Assembly (NCBI GenBank): GCA_029953675.1
Contig: JAMWBK010000001.1
Span: 1,426,001-1,490,000 of the forward strand
DNA: 64,000 nucleotides
Direction of reading: 5' to 3'
Source: Rhodosorus marinus CCMP1338
Lineage: Eukaryota > Plantae > Rhodophyta
In this document: positions 46,480-58,009 of the stretch, one piece after another
Numbering within the stretch: position 1 is the first letter of the stretch
Layout of the letters: every line of letters starts with the position of its first letter
Notes under the pieces: model-generated
The model's database searches: none
Told to the model about the DNA's origin: nothing
What the model saw: the letters and a program-made list of their open reading frames with translations, nothing else
Translations under genes and position numbers: made by a program

Positions 46480-47100
46480 CGCGGGGCTTTGTCTTCCCCA
46501 GGTGTTCGTGTTTCGGCACTAGCTCATCGCTTGGTACCTGTGATCATTGATTGCTTTGGGTTTATGGATTCATATGGTTCTCTTTGGCGACAAGAGTTGT
46601 TCCGTGAGCGCCGGACCGTCTTCAAGTCGTTGCTTACCAGCTGAAGTTTCTTCCTGCGGCGTATGGACGCCGCTTTGACGTTGGAGGCGCGCGATCTTCG
46701 CCGCGATTAGTCCCTTTTTTGCCCTCGGGGGTTTTACTTTCAGCCTCCCATTAAACAAATTCATTCAATATGTTACGCGCTTCCTCCTGAACGTTCTACC
46801 CTTCCCACATCCAGGAATTTGGCTGGGAACGGGTCAACCCGACTACTCCAGGAGTGAGTGAGGATGCTTATGATTTTAACGGTGGTTTTACGTATGCAGA
46901 ACATCTGGCGGCTGCGTCCTATACAGGAGATCTGCGATGCATCGAGGCGGCGCGGTGGAAGAGGCTGGGCTGGGCATTCAAGGCCGTTTAGAATCAACCT
47001 CAACGTGTAGCCAATTCTAATCAAACGTTCGCTCGGGATGTACTTCGGCGGGTTAACGTCTCGTACGATGAGCTCTCAATAATCCACACGATTCCAGATA
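46480..47100. mobile_element. Degenerate B 3' fragment (46480-46770, +) and degenerate A-like fragment (~46880-47100, -)
   Basis: SALAHRLVPVIIDCFGFMDS; tttttgccctcgggggtt..cagcctcccattaaac; ggatgtactt..tcgtacg resembles A. Confidence 0.7.
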
Positions 47101-47202
47101 TTGGTACCCTAAACCTTCATTCGGCCCCCCCCTCCCGCAAGCGTATTTCAGCTCTTTACAATGTCCCTAACTAGGGGCGGCAAAAAACAAAATGGTGTCA
47201 TT

Positions 47203-47470
47203 GAATGAATGAATGAATGGTTTAATCGGAGGCTGAAAAAAAAAAACCCCGAGGGGAAAAAAAGACTAAGCGCGGCGAAGTACTCGCGCCTCCAACATCA
47301 AAGCGGCATTCATGCGCCACAGCAGGAAACTTAAGCGGGTAAACAACGATTGAAGACGGTCAGGGCGTTCGCGGAACAACTCCCGAAGCCAGCGAGAACC
47401 AACAGAGTCCATGAACCCAAAGCACTCAATGATCAGGGGTACCAAGCGATGTGCTAGTGCCGAAGCACGA
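47203..47470 (-). mobile_element. 5'-truncated family B copy with (CATT)n tail
   Basis: Matches the B1 3' end. Confidence 0.95.
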
Positions 47471-48728
47471 TTGACGCGATTTCTGTTTTTACCTTTTTTC
47501 TTGATTTGTGGCAACCACAAAATACATGGTACAATTCAACTTTATTCATATATTATTTTCTTAATTTGTACAAATAATATACCAATGGACGCTCAATACC
47601 TAATTATTCATCTTAAATATCAACTTGTCATCGATCCCGAAATAGGCTTAATTTTATCCTTTGTTTTGTAAATAGTTTGAACGAACACCTGGTGTGACGT
47701 TGCTTAGTACGAATTGGCTGACATGGTACTATATAATATTACTAAAATGTAGCATATACCTTTAAAAAGCATATAACGATCATTGATTGGATAATACGGA
47801 TGTGATTACACCAGTTTGGGCGGCGTTCGCTAGTTGGCAGCCCTTTTTTGATTTTGGGTGAATTTTCAAACGGGGCAAAATTTAAATCTCTCTTGGAGAA
47901 TATTTAGACGTGACTTCTCTAAAGGGAACGTTTTTCACCTTGAAATTTCGTATTTCATTGATTGTATTGTATATTTAGAATAGTAAGAATCTAAAATATT
48001 GACGGGACGATGGTTGGGGAGAAGCATTGGAGCGATTGATTTGGTTTAGGGAGGGGGAGCTGGCCGGGCAAGTGCAGGATGGCGAGCACTGATGCAATGG
48101 GGAACTGGGATAGCCCTGCTGGTGGGATCCCATGCAATTCTATTTTTTCCCGAGGCTTAAATAGACTGAAATAAGAAAGAATTTGCTTAGAAAGCACATA
48201 TGAACTCCATAGTTGACTCCGATCCGAAGCAGGGAGATTTTCGGTTTAGCGTGGCTAGGCAACTTGGGACTGATGCAAGGTTGATGGGTTGCCTGTCACA
48301 TCGACAACTATACGGTTGTCAGGGGTCATGTTTTTTTTTGCGAAAGAGCACTCTATCTGTATGCCATCTCGCGTTGTCCTGAACGGTTTGGAGAGCCGTC
48401 CCGGATTGAATTTCTTTGGCTGCCAGGATCCCGAGCTGCCCGGATCACGGTTCTGGAATAAACGGCGCATTTCCGCACTCGGGAGACGGCCCAGCTACAG
48501 GTTAACGAGATCTTGCTGACGTCCATAGGAGTTTGAATGATATTAAGCCACCTCTTGTGTTCTGGCTGGCCTAGAACGTCTGTCACTGTAGAGCTTACGA
48601 ACCGAATCCCAGTTCATCTGGCTAAGCTTTCATCGTGCGCACCTAAGGCTATCGTCAATCGCCTTTTTTCATCCACGGACAAGGATGAACTTGGCCACTG
48701 CTCATGAGCTTTTTTGGCACAGGAAGGG

Positions 48729-48736
48729 TATAAAAA
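48729..48736 (+). promoter_or_regulatory. Candidate TATA box
   Basis: TATAAAAA ~100 bp upstream of ATG 48829. Confidence 0.45.
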
Positions 48737-48828
48737 GGTCACGGTGAGCTTTGAGGATGGATGTATTCGGTGAGTGGTCATCAACAGAGAAACAAAGAGA
48801 GAGAGGCAAAGAGAGAGAAACAGAGACG

Positions 48829-50220
48829 ATGAAGACAACAACGGTAATATTAGTAATTCTGGCGGCGTTTGTCGTGGGAAGCCAGGCGAGTTATGAAGAA
48901 CGTGAGTTTTGCCTTCCGAGGGCGCCGGCGACAATCGGGATCCAAACCTACCTCAACTCGATCCACATGTGCCTCGACAACTGGGGACCGTGGAAGGGAA
49001 TCGCTAATCGCTGGTATAATCCGGACGGAAGTTTCCTTGTCTTCCCCTCGGGCAAACAGATCCAGTTGAAGGTACTTCCGAGCAAGGCCAAGAAGGTCCC
49101 CAACAAGCCTGGCTTCAACCGTTGGTACGAGGCCTACGTCCGGGACGTTTGCACTCAGGACATCGACTTCTACCCTTACAAACACCCCAAGATGGGTCAG
49201 CTCAACGTGTTGAGGCTTCACATGGAGAGCGCGGGTCCCGAAGTGAAAATCGGATGCAGCAACACGCGCACGGATGCTCCCTGCAAGGCGCACTTCCTCA
49301 AGCACGACATCTCGCTGGACAACTTCAACATCAGGATCTACTTCAAGCTCCAATCCAGCAAGAAGAAGGAAGGGTTTGTCCAAATGGTTCCGAAGTACGT
49401 CAAGGTGGACTTTGACATCAAGCCGGACTCCTGGGTGCTCGACAAACTGAACAATGTGATCAACTACTTCTACGACTTGAAGGGTTACCTGGTGAAGGAA
49501 GTTGAGGAGGCGGTTATGGCTGAGCTGGACAGGCCCGACATCCAGGAGCAGCTCACCTTCGACCTCAACGAACTGATCACCGACAAAGTCATGGACTTTG
49601 TCAAGTCGAGGCTTGGCGATACCAGCGCGGTGTCCAACTGGGTTGAGAACAACACCTCCATCAAGAGCTTCAACGAAAAGAAGACCGAGCTATGCTTTAC
49701 TGTTAGATACCCCAAGCCGGTACACATCTTCACGACTCAGATTCAGTACTTTAGAGCAGTCAATCCCGTCGTGAAAAAGATGTGTCCTTTCCAGTTCGGG
49801 TTTATCAGCAGGGTCAAGGCCGATGCACCGGTCAATGGTTATGGATACATCCGCTACTCCGATGGTTCGAAGAGCAAGAACTTCAACTGGGGATTCTCGA
49901 AGCCCGGCAGCAGCACCGCCAACTTCTACAAAACTATTAGAGAGCAGGAGTCGGGTAGGGCCATCCTTTACCTCAAGCATAAGCTGTGGCATGGCGGATG
50001 GATCACGAAGAGGTCGGCCCTAGCCATGCGATGGGGAACGTCATACAGAGGAGAATGTGAGCTCGGATTCAAGTTTGAGATGGCGACCTCCAGAGCCCAA
50101 GAGGCCGAAGTCGCTGATGACTCAGGTTTCGTCCAGGGCGAGTACCATGGTAAGACTGATCCGAACGAGAGCGATGAGGACTTTGAACAAGAATTCGCCC
50201 AGCTAAAAGATGAGCAGTGA
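48829..50220 (+). CDS. Secreted protein of unknown function, 463 aa
   Basis: MKTTTVILVILAAFVVGSQA signal-like start; long intronless ORF with C/G-ending codon bias; acidic C-terminus. Confidence 0.9.
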   Translation: MKTTTVILVILAAFVVGSQASYEEREFCLPRAPATIGIQTYLNSIHMCLDNWGPWKGIANRWYNPDGSFLVFPSGKQIQLKVLPSKAKKVPNKPGFNRWYEAYVRDVCTQDIDFYPYKHPKMGQLNVLRLHMESAGPEVKIGCSNTRTDAPCKAHFLKHDISLDNFNIRIYFKLQSSKKKEGFVQMVPKYVKVDFDIKPDSWVLDKLNNVINYFYDLKGYLVKEVEEAVMAELDRPDIQEQLTFDLNELITDKVMDFVKSRLGDTSAVSNWVENNTSIKSFNEKKTELCFTVRYPKPVHIFTTQIQYFRAVNPVVKKMCPFQFGFISRVKADAPVNGYGYIRYSDGSKSKNFNWGFSKPGSSTANFYKTIREQESGRAILYLKHKLWHGGWITKRSALAMRWGTSYRGECELGFKFEMATSRAQEAEVADDSGFVQGEYHGKTDPNESDEDFEQEFAQLKDEQ

Positions 50221-50589
50221 AGAGATGGTGCAATTTCCCGCTCCATCGGAAGGAACAGTCGCACTGAAATCGTACATAGATCCAAATCTTTGTTCATATC
50301 CGTCATTGGTCACGTTGTTCACTAAAAGTTGAATCTATTCTGGAAGACACTCACGGACGTCGAAGAACCTCATCCCGTTTGTTCTTGAGGACAGCTTTTG
50401 CAATGGCCTTCCAGTTCCAAAAAATCATCCGGCAGAGCTCGTGGAGCATGGCCAGGTATCTGCCTCGCGAAGAGTACGGATCTCCTGCGTAGTAAGCTAC
50501 TTGGTTTCTACTCCTCTTGCGTCCGTTTAGTGTTCGTTGAATGGCAACACTCGCACATTACACGTTTGCTTTCAGAGAGTGGCTAGCTT

Positions 50590-52089
50590 ACACTGGTTTT
50601 TATTGGCTTTATTGGCTTTATTGGCTTTATTGGTTTGCCTTTATTGGTTTGGCTTTATTGGACTTTACTGGACTTTACTAGCATAGCCTGAAGCGCTACG
50701 CAAGGCGTGAAGATGAACTAATAACTAGGGAGGGAAGCATGCAACCCCAGGCGCCGATGGCGCGCCTCGGAAAGCATGTGGCTGGAATATCGCCAAAGGG
50801 AGACACTTAAACGCCTCAAGAGCGCCAAATATTCAGTAGGATGCTCAGCAAAACATTTCCGCAACCACTCTAAACCCGACTTATCGACGTGACCAAAGCT
50901 TTCCACAATGAATGGCTGGAACCGGTGAGAGCGACCCTCAGCGCAAGGCAGACTGGCCATGCTCTCAGCATACCGTCGTTCCTTAACTCTTCGAAGGGCT
51001 GAAGCCGCGGCCCCCCGGCGGCGGGCGGCTGCGGTGAGGTGGGCGCTGGCCACGGGGCAGGTAATCGCAAGGTCCACATATGTTGAGCGTCTGGCAGCAG
51101 CGTCGGAGACGAGGAGATCGGCTATACAACGGGGCGGTGCAGAGTCCGAGATGGATCTGGGCAGTTCCGACTCAACCTCAACCGTATGCCCTATCCGAGT
51201 CAAAGATTCGCTGAGGATGTACTTGAGGCGAGTGTGACGCCTCGTACGGAGACCTCGCAACAGTCCGCAGGAACCCAGGAAGTGGTAGCCACAAGCGTCA
51301 ATCCGGCTCTCACATCCCTGACAGAAAGACGGCCGATTAGAGTGCCACGGAGCCTGTGGCAAACCGAGATAGATCCGTGCGGCAGAACGGAACTGGAAAG
51401 CATCGAGACGATGACTCAATGACGACGGCAGAGTGGTTAACCACAAGTGCGAGAGGTGGCCTCCCATGCCGCGGAGACGAGCGGCAGTGGTAGGCGGCGT
51501 GAGAGGAGAATTGAGCATGACTGTGTGAGCGGCACTGTGTTGGCCCCAGGTGAGGCTATGTTGAATCACATCAGTGCGGGAGCTCCACAATCGGCTCAAA
51601 CCCGGGTAGTCTGCAACAGGGGGCCCGGGGCTAGCCTCTCCGTCATCGGCAAGAACTCGGTCGAGGGGACAATCCTCAATCGCTTCAGCTCGTCCCCATA
51701 ACAGCTCCCTCCAGGAACGAAAGCGGGACCGATTTGCGTCCGGCACGGCGTTGCACCTCCTGAACGCGTGTTGAAGACCATCATAAATTGTCAAAAGCGG
51801 GGGCGGCAGGGTCACTGGATCCTCGTTGGTCAAAGCTCGAGCCAAGAGGCAGGCACTTCGCATCTGGAAGGTCACCAACGTTCGCAGCGCGGTAGCCCAG
51901 GAGGCAACCGCCGCTGGCGAGCATACCAGCCCACGGTCTGCGACGCCGAATCCCCCTAATCGCAACGGTAGAGCGATCTGTGCACGAATAAAGTCCCTGT
52001 CGGGAGCAGCTTCAAGATCGAGGGGCTCATCCAAGAGCGTTCCCCAGTGTTGCAGGGTCATTTCGTCGGCTTTAGCCGCGATCCACGAG
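50590..52089 (-). mobile_element. Family A copy A5 with long (CCAATAAAG)n tail
   Basis: ORF 50718-52061 matches the A3 C-terminal region; tail repeats at 50590-50680. Confidence 0.95.
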
Positions 52090-52908
52090 CTTTACTAGCA
52101 TAGCCTGAAGCGCTACGCAAGGCGTGAAGATGAACTAATAACTAGGGAGGGAAGCATGCAACCCCAGGCGCCGATGGCGCGCCTCGGAAAGCATGTCGCT
52201 GGAATATCGCCAAAGGGAGACACTTAAACGCCTCAAGAGCGCCAAATATTCAGTAGGATGCTCAGCAAAACATTTCCGCAACCACTCTAAACCCGACTTA
52301 TCCATGTGACCAAAGCTTTCCACAATGAATGGCTGGAACCGGTGAGAGCGACCCTCAGCGCAAGGCAGACTGGCCATGCTCTCAGCATACCGTCGTTCCT
52401 TAACTCTTCGAAGGGCTGAAGCCGCGGCCCCCCGGCGGCGGGCGGCTGCGGTGAGGTGGGCGCTGGCCACGGGGCAGGTAATCGCAAGGTCCACATATGT
52501 TGAGCGTCTGGCAGCAGCGTCGGAGACGAGGAGATCGGCTATACAACGGGGCGGTGCAGAGTCCGAGATTGATCTGGGCAGTTCCGACTCAACCTCAACC
52601 GTATGCCCTATCCGAGTCAAATATTCGCTGAGGATGTACTTGAGGCGAGTGTGACGCCTCGTACGGAGACCTCGCAACAGTCCGCAGGAACCCAGGAAGT
52701 GGTAGCCACAAGCGTCAATCCGGCTCTCACATCCCTGACAGAAAGACGGCCGATTAGAGTGCCACGGAGCCTGTGGCAAACCGAGATAGATCCGTGCGGC
52801 AGAACGGAACTGGAAAGCATCGAGACGATGACTCAATGACGACGGTAGAGTGGTTAACCACAAGTGCGAGAGGTGGCCTCCCATGCCGCGGAGACGAGCG
52901 GCAGTGGT
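52090..52908 (-). mobile_element. Family A copy A6, directly upstream of A5
   Basis: ORF 52135-52884; tail abuts the A5 5' junction. Confidence 0.95.
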
Positions 52909-54210
52909 AAGCGCTACGCAAACCGATAAAAGGAACTAAGAACTTGGTAGGGAAGCGCGGCAAGCATGCTGCTCGAATATCGTCACAGAGAGACACTTAA
53001 GCGCCGCAAAAGTTCCAAGTATTCAACAGGATGCTCAGTGAAACATTTCCGCATTTGGCTTTATTAGCATAGCCTAAAGCGCTACGCAAACCGTGAAAAG
53101 GAACTAACAACTAGGTAGGGAAGCGTGCAAACCCAGGCGCCGATGGCGAGCCTCGGCAAGCATATGGGCTTGAATATCGCCACAGGGCTTTATTGGCTTT
53201 ATTAGCATAGCCTACAGCGCTACGCAAACCGTGAAAAGGAACTAAGAACTAGGTAGGGAAGCGTGCAAACCCAGGCGCCGATGGCGCGCCCCGGCAAGCA
53301 TGCTGCTCGAATATCGCCACAGAGAGACACTTAACCGCCGCAAAAGTTCCAAGTATTCAACAGGATGCTCAGTGAAACATTTCCGCAACCACTCCAAACC
53401 CTCCTTCTCCACGTGACCAAAGCTTTCCACAATGAAAGGCTGGAACCGGTGGGAGCGACCCTCAGCGCGAGGCACGCTAGCCATACTCTCATAATAAGTT
53501 CCAAGTATTGAACAGGATGCTCAGTGAAACATTTCCGCAACCACTCCAAACCCGACTTCTCCACGTGACCAAAGCTTTCCACAATGAAAGGCGGGAACCC
53601 GTGGGAGCGACCCTCAGCGCGAGACGGGCTGGCCATGCTCTCAGCATACCGTCGTTCCTTCGCGCGGCGAAGGGCCGAAGCAGCTGCTCCTCGGCGGCGG
53701 GCGGCAGCCGTCAGATGGGCGCTTGCAACAGGGCATGTAATCGCAAGGTCAACATATGCTGAGCATCTGGCGGCAGCATCGGAGACGAGGAGATCTGCGA
53801 TACAGCGGGGCGGTGCCTATCCGAGACCGATCTGGGTTGTTCCGATTCCACCTCTACCGTATGCCCTACCCGAGTCAAACATTCGCTGAGAATGTACTTG
53901 AAGCGAGTGTGAGTCCTCGTACGAAGACCGCTCAACAGTCCGCATGAACCTAAGAAATGGAAACCACAAGCATTGATCCGACTCTCACATCCCTGACAGA
54001 AGACGGCCGATTAGAGCGCCACGGAGCTTTTGGCAAAGCCAGGTAAATCCGAGCGGCAGAGCGAAACTGGAAGGCATCCAGACGGTGACCCAGTGATGAC
54101 GGCAGGGTCGTTAACCACAAATGTGGTAGATGGCTCCCATGCCGCGGAGGCGAGCGGCGGTAGTAGGCGGTGTGAGAGGAGAGTTGAGCAAGATTGCGTG
54201 AGCGGCATAG
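52909..54210 (-). mobile_element. Stack of A-subfamily 3' fragments, head to tail
   Basis: Successive 3' ends at ~52910, 53056, 53187 and a longer piece from ~53495. Confidence 0.88.
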
Positions 54211-54264
54211 TTATATGGCTGGGTTTGCAAATGTTTTCCTCAGTTACCTGAAACTTTCGAAAAG

Positions 54265-56900
54265 ATGAAGGTGGTGGTGTGGTATTGTGCGGTGCTGTTT
54301 ATGTGCGCTATATCTGTGGATGCTGAGGGCTACCTGACATGTGCTGATTTGTCCGTGACCACGGGTCTGCTTATTGAGAGTGTGGATGGGGTAACCAAAG
54401 ACCTCGTTTTCAACGAACGAATGGTTTAATCGGAGGCTGAAAAAAAAAAAACCGAGGGGAAAAAAAGACTAAGCGCGGCGAAGTACTCGCGCCTCCAACA
54501 TCAAAGCGGCATTCATGCGTCACAGCAGGAAACTTAAGCGGGTAAACAACGATTGAAGACGGTCAGGGCGTTCGCGGAACAACTCCCGAAGCCAGCGAGA
54601 ACCAACAGAGTCCATGAACCCAAAGCACTCAATGATCAGGGGTACCAAGCGATGTGCTAGTGCCGAAGCACGAACACCAGGGGAAGACAAAGCCCCCGCG
54701 TATTTGATCTCTTTGCGGCGTCTCATGCTGGCGGCGGCAGATCCACGGCGCTCCCCCGCAGCCGGGAGATAACGACTAGCTTGAGGGTTAGGAACAGCAA
54801 GATCAACGTATGTGGTACGGCGGCTGTCGTCACAGGTGATCACCAGGTCGGCTACACGGCGTTCATCATTTTGAAAGTCCGCGACGGGTAAAGGTTTCTC
54901 ACGTTCGATTTCCAGACCGGCTTGCCGGACTATAGGCCGAAGTTCCCGGTATAACAGGTTCAAGATCCGTGTGTGGCGGCGGGTTCGAGCACCTTTCACC
55001 GCCGGGCAACTAGCGAGCAGGTGGGCGCCAAAATCTGCGTTGTCTTCAGTCTGAGAGCAGAGAGGGCACGACGAACCCATCTCGTACGGCCAAGGGGGCT
55101 GATGTAAGCCGAGGTATAAGCGCAGTGAAGTACGCACTTCGAAATCCGACAGTGTGAGTGGCGGAAAGGCTGGTACGGTCATGAGCCACTGAGAGCTAAT
55201 AACCCCTCCAAGACTACGTAGGCGGGCGCGAGCGCGAGAAAATGAGACCATCTGCGCGAGGAGTCGGCCATATGCAGCACGGTGCAAGTCCCAAGAAAGG
55301 ATATTTTGCAGCGCATCCGTGCGTGCTTGAGCTCGGCTCCCAGCGCGCTGGGAATCATCAGGAGGATCAACTGGAACTTCTTCTTCTGCGGCAACCACTG
55401 GGTCAATCTCCCCTAGAACAGGTTCAGGCGCAGGACGAGTCCCCGGGGCGGAGCCTCGAGAGCGGTCAAATACAGCTCGCCAGTCAGGAAGACGGGGTTG
55501 AACGGTTTCGGGGAGACTAGTACAGGAATTTTTTCAACGGGGAAACGGTTGGTACTGTCACGGTTCGGGTCCAACCCAACAAGGAACCACTATTCGTGCG
55601 TATGCAATTCGATGTGGTTGGCTCTTTCTCGTTGGTGAGCATCAAGGGGGGGATCTTCTCGAAGAAGGAGGTCATACCTGAACGGGTGGAATACCACAAC
55701 TGGAGGAATGTTGCCAAGGTCGTGGCCTCTAGGGGGGTACCGGAGAGCACTTTATCGAACAGATTGAGCTTGGCCATCTGTCAGGACCAGATGCTTTCGG
55801 ACGAGATGGGGTTTTGTGAAAACTCCTGTCTGCTTTGGGGTTGGCCACGCCATCATCAAGGGACCAGATGGCAATCAGGTTTCGGGTAGAAACCATCCCG
55901 GACGGTGCATGCGAGCTCCGAGTCGCTGATGGACCCGACGTTCCGGTTTGCGAGCTTCCGGTGGTGTTCAGCTGCAATGAGTTTCGTGTGGACAATTCCT
56001 GCTTGGCTCTTACGGGAGATGATGGTGAGTGCCGTTGCTGCGGCGATGTTGGGGATGAACCCGCCGGTGGCGAAGGGCTCGATGCGATGTGTCTTGAGCT
56101 GGACGATTTTGAAGCATCCGTGTGTCCTGAGTTTGCGGTGAGTGATTGCCAATTCGTTTGCAGGAAATGAGACTGGGTTGGGCCATAACTTACTTCGTAA
56201 CTCTCGTTTCTCTCCGACTAAACGCACCAGATCATAAGACGCCTGGCTCATGCCTATGTATTATCCGCGGAACTGACGACGACGACTTGCTCCTTGGCAC
56301 TGAGGAAGACGACTTAATCTTCCGGTACGGTGGCGATGACGAGATCCTTGGTTATGGTGGAGATGACTATATCTACGGCGGTCGGGGTGTCGACGTTATT
56401 TCCAGCGGGTACGGTGATGACCGTATCTTCGGCGACCAAGGCGAAGATTTTATCTTTGGAATTGATGGCGATGACAAGCTTTACGGCGGATCTGGTGATG
56501 ATGGGCTTTTGGGGGGAGTTGTCAACGACATCTTGAATGGAGGCAGGGGTGATGACTCTAGAAGGCGGTGCCGGTAATGGTTCATATTACCAGGACGGAC
56601 CTTAAACCTAGTAAAACCATGGATAGTGGATATTAAACCGATCTGTCCGAGAGAGGAGACCATATACTGAACTGCAGGGGAGTGAAAGAAGGAAGGGGGT
56701 GAAGGAGTGGGCGATGATGCTCTTGAGGGCGTCTATTGGAATGATCATTTCAATCCTGGTACTGGAGATGACGTACTCAGCGACTACGCCCCACGCCAGG
56801 ATATTGACGGAATGCAATACTTGAACATCATCGTTCACATCCGCAGAGTTGTGCTAATATGGTTTTTGCTAGTCTGGCCTGGAGCGCTACGCAAAGCGTG
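54265..56900 (+). pseudogene. Third secreted RTX-repeat gene, disrupted by a B insertion and later frameshifts/stops
   Basis: MKVVVWYCAVLFMCAISVDA start; removing the insertion restores frame (..DLVFN-GETVGTV..); Cys-rich piece 55835-56170; GGxGxD repeats 56260-56780. Confidence 0.8.
54416..55530 (-). mobile_element. 5'-truncated family B copy (1.1 kb) inside the RTX pseudogene
   Basis: 9-bp TSD ttttcaacg at 54407-54415 and 55531-55539. Confidence 0.95.
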
Positions 56901-57330
56901 AAAGGAAAACTAAGAACTAGGGAGAGAAGCATGCAAGCTCAGGCGGTGATGGCGTGCCTCGGCAAGCATAGTGCTAGACTATCGCCAAAGAGCGACACTG
57001 AGACGGTGTAGGAGCTCCAAAACTTCTACAGGACGGTCAGTAACGCATTTCCACGGCCAAGCCCGACTAGTCCAGGTGGCCAAGGGTTTCTAGTATGAAA
57101 GGCGAACCTGTGAGAACGACCCTCAGCGCAGAGGAGACTGGCCATACCCTCAGCATACTGGCGTTCCTTCACTCGGCGAAGGACCGAGGCGGCTGCTCCC
57201 GCGGCGGAGGGCGGCGGAGCTGAGATGGGCGCTTGCCACAGGACATGTGATCGCGAGGTCCACATATGTTAAGCGTCTGGTGGCGGCGCCGTGGCCGAGA
57301 CTACCCTGGGTAGTTCCGATTCCTCCTCCA
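56860..57330 (-). mobile_element. Diverged A-like 3' fragment
   Basis: RRVKERQYAE..GRSHRF; A-type 3' UTR. Confidence 0.8.
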
Positions 57331-57359
57331 CCGTATGACCTACCACTCTCTAGCAGAAT

Positions 57360-57850
57360 ACTTACGGAAACCCCGCTACCGGGGTCTCATGCCACGTTCA
57401 AACGTTCAAAAGAAAAAAGAGGGGCAGCTGGTCCACGCGCTGAGCACCTAGTGCAATATGTGCGTTACCCTGCCATAGTCTCCTGTTAATTTGAGCACCG
57501 ACATCGCTTCGCTCCTCGCTCCTCGCTCCGGTGTGGTAAGTGCTTGCAGCCGTCTCGTTGGAATTCCTGCGCCGTCGGTCTAGACCGTCAAAAAGTTTCT
57601 ATAGCATTCGGAATAAACTTGTCATCCGGTTCCTCGATCGTCCTGGCTTCCTTGTAGTAGGCGATCTTCCCGTTCACAGCTACCCTCGCCGCATACCCAT
57701 TCTCACTCTAACGTATCCCCGTCTGTTGCCGCATGCCGACAGCTTTGGCAGCACGTTGTGCATATGTGGCGCCAGAGGCGGCTTGTGCCAACGTAGGAAA
57801 TTCAAGGTTCTCCTGTCTCAAGATTTCTGGGTGGGACTGCCGCTTCGTAT
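57360..57850 (-). mobile_element. Degenerate C-type 3' fragment
   Basis: cccgctaccggggtctcatgc and ccggatgacaagtttattcc match C3. Confidence 0.75.
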
Positions 57851-58009
57851 GTAGAGAATTGCTTACGCAAAAATGAAGATAGGAACGTTTCCGTTCCTAT
57901 CTTCAACCATGCAACTTGCCTCACCGAAAGCGTCGTTGAATCCTACTCGGAGCAAGCGGCAGGTCCCCATACTCTCTTTGCCTATGGCAATCAGGCCTAG
58001 GTAGTGGTT

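Noticed and set aside
47990-48600. IECSFAKK as a hAT dimerisation-domain remnant
   Set aside because: Similarity too weak, no supporting upstream motifs
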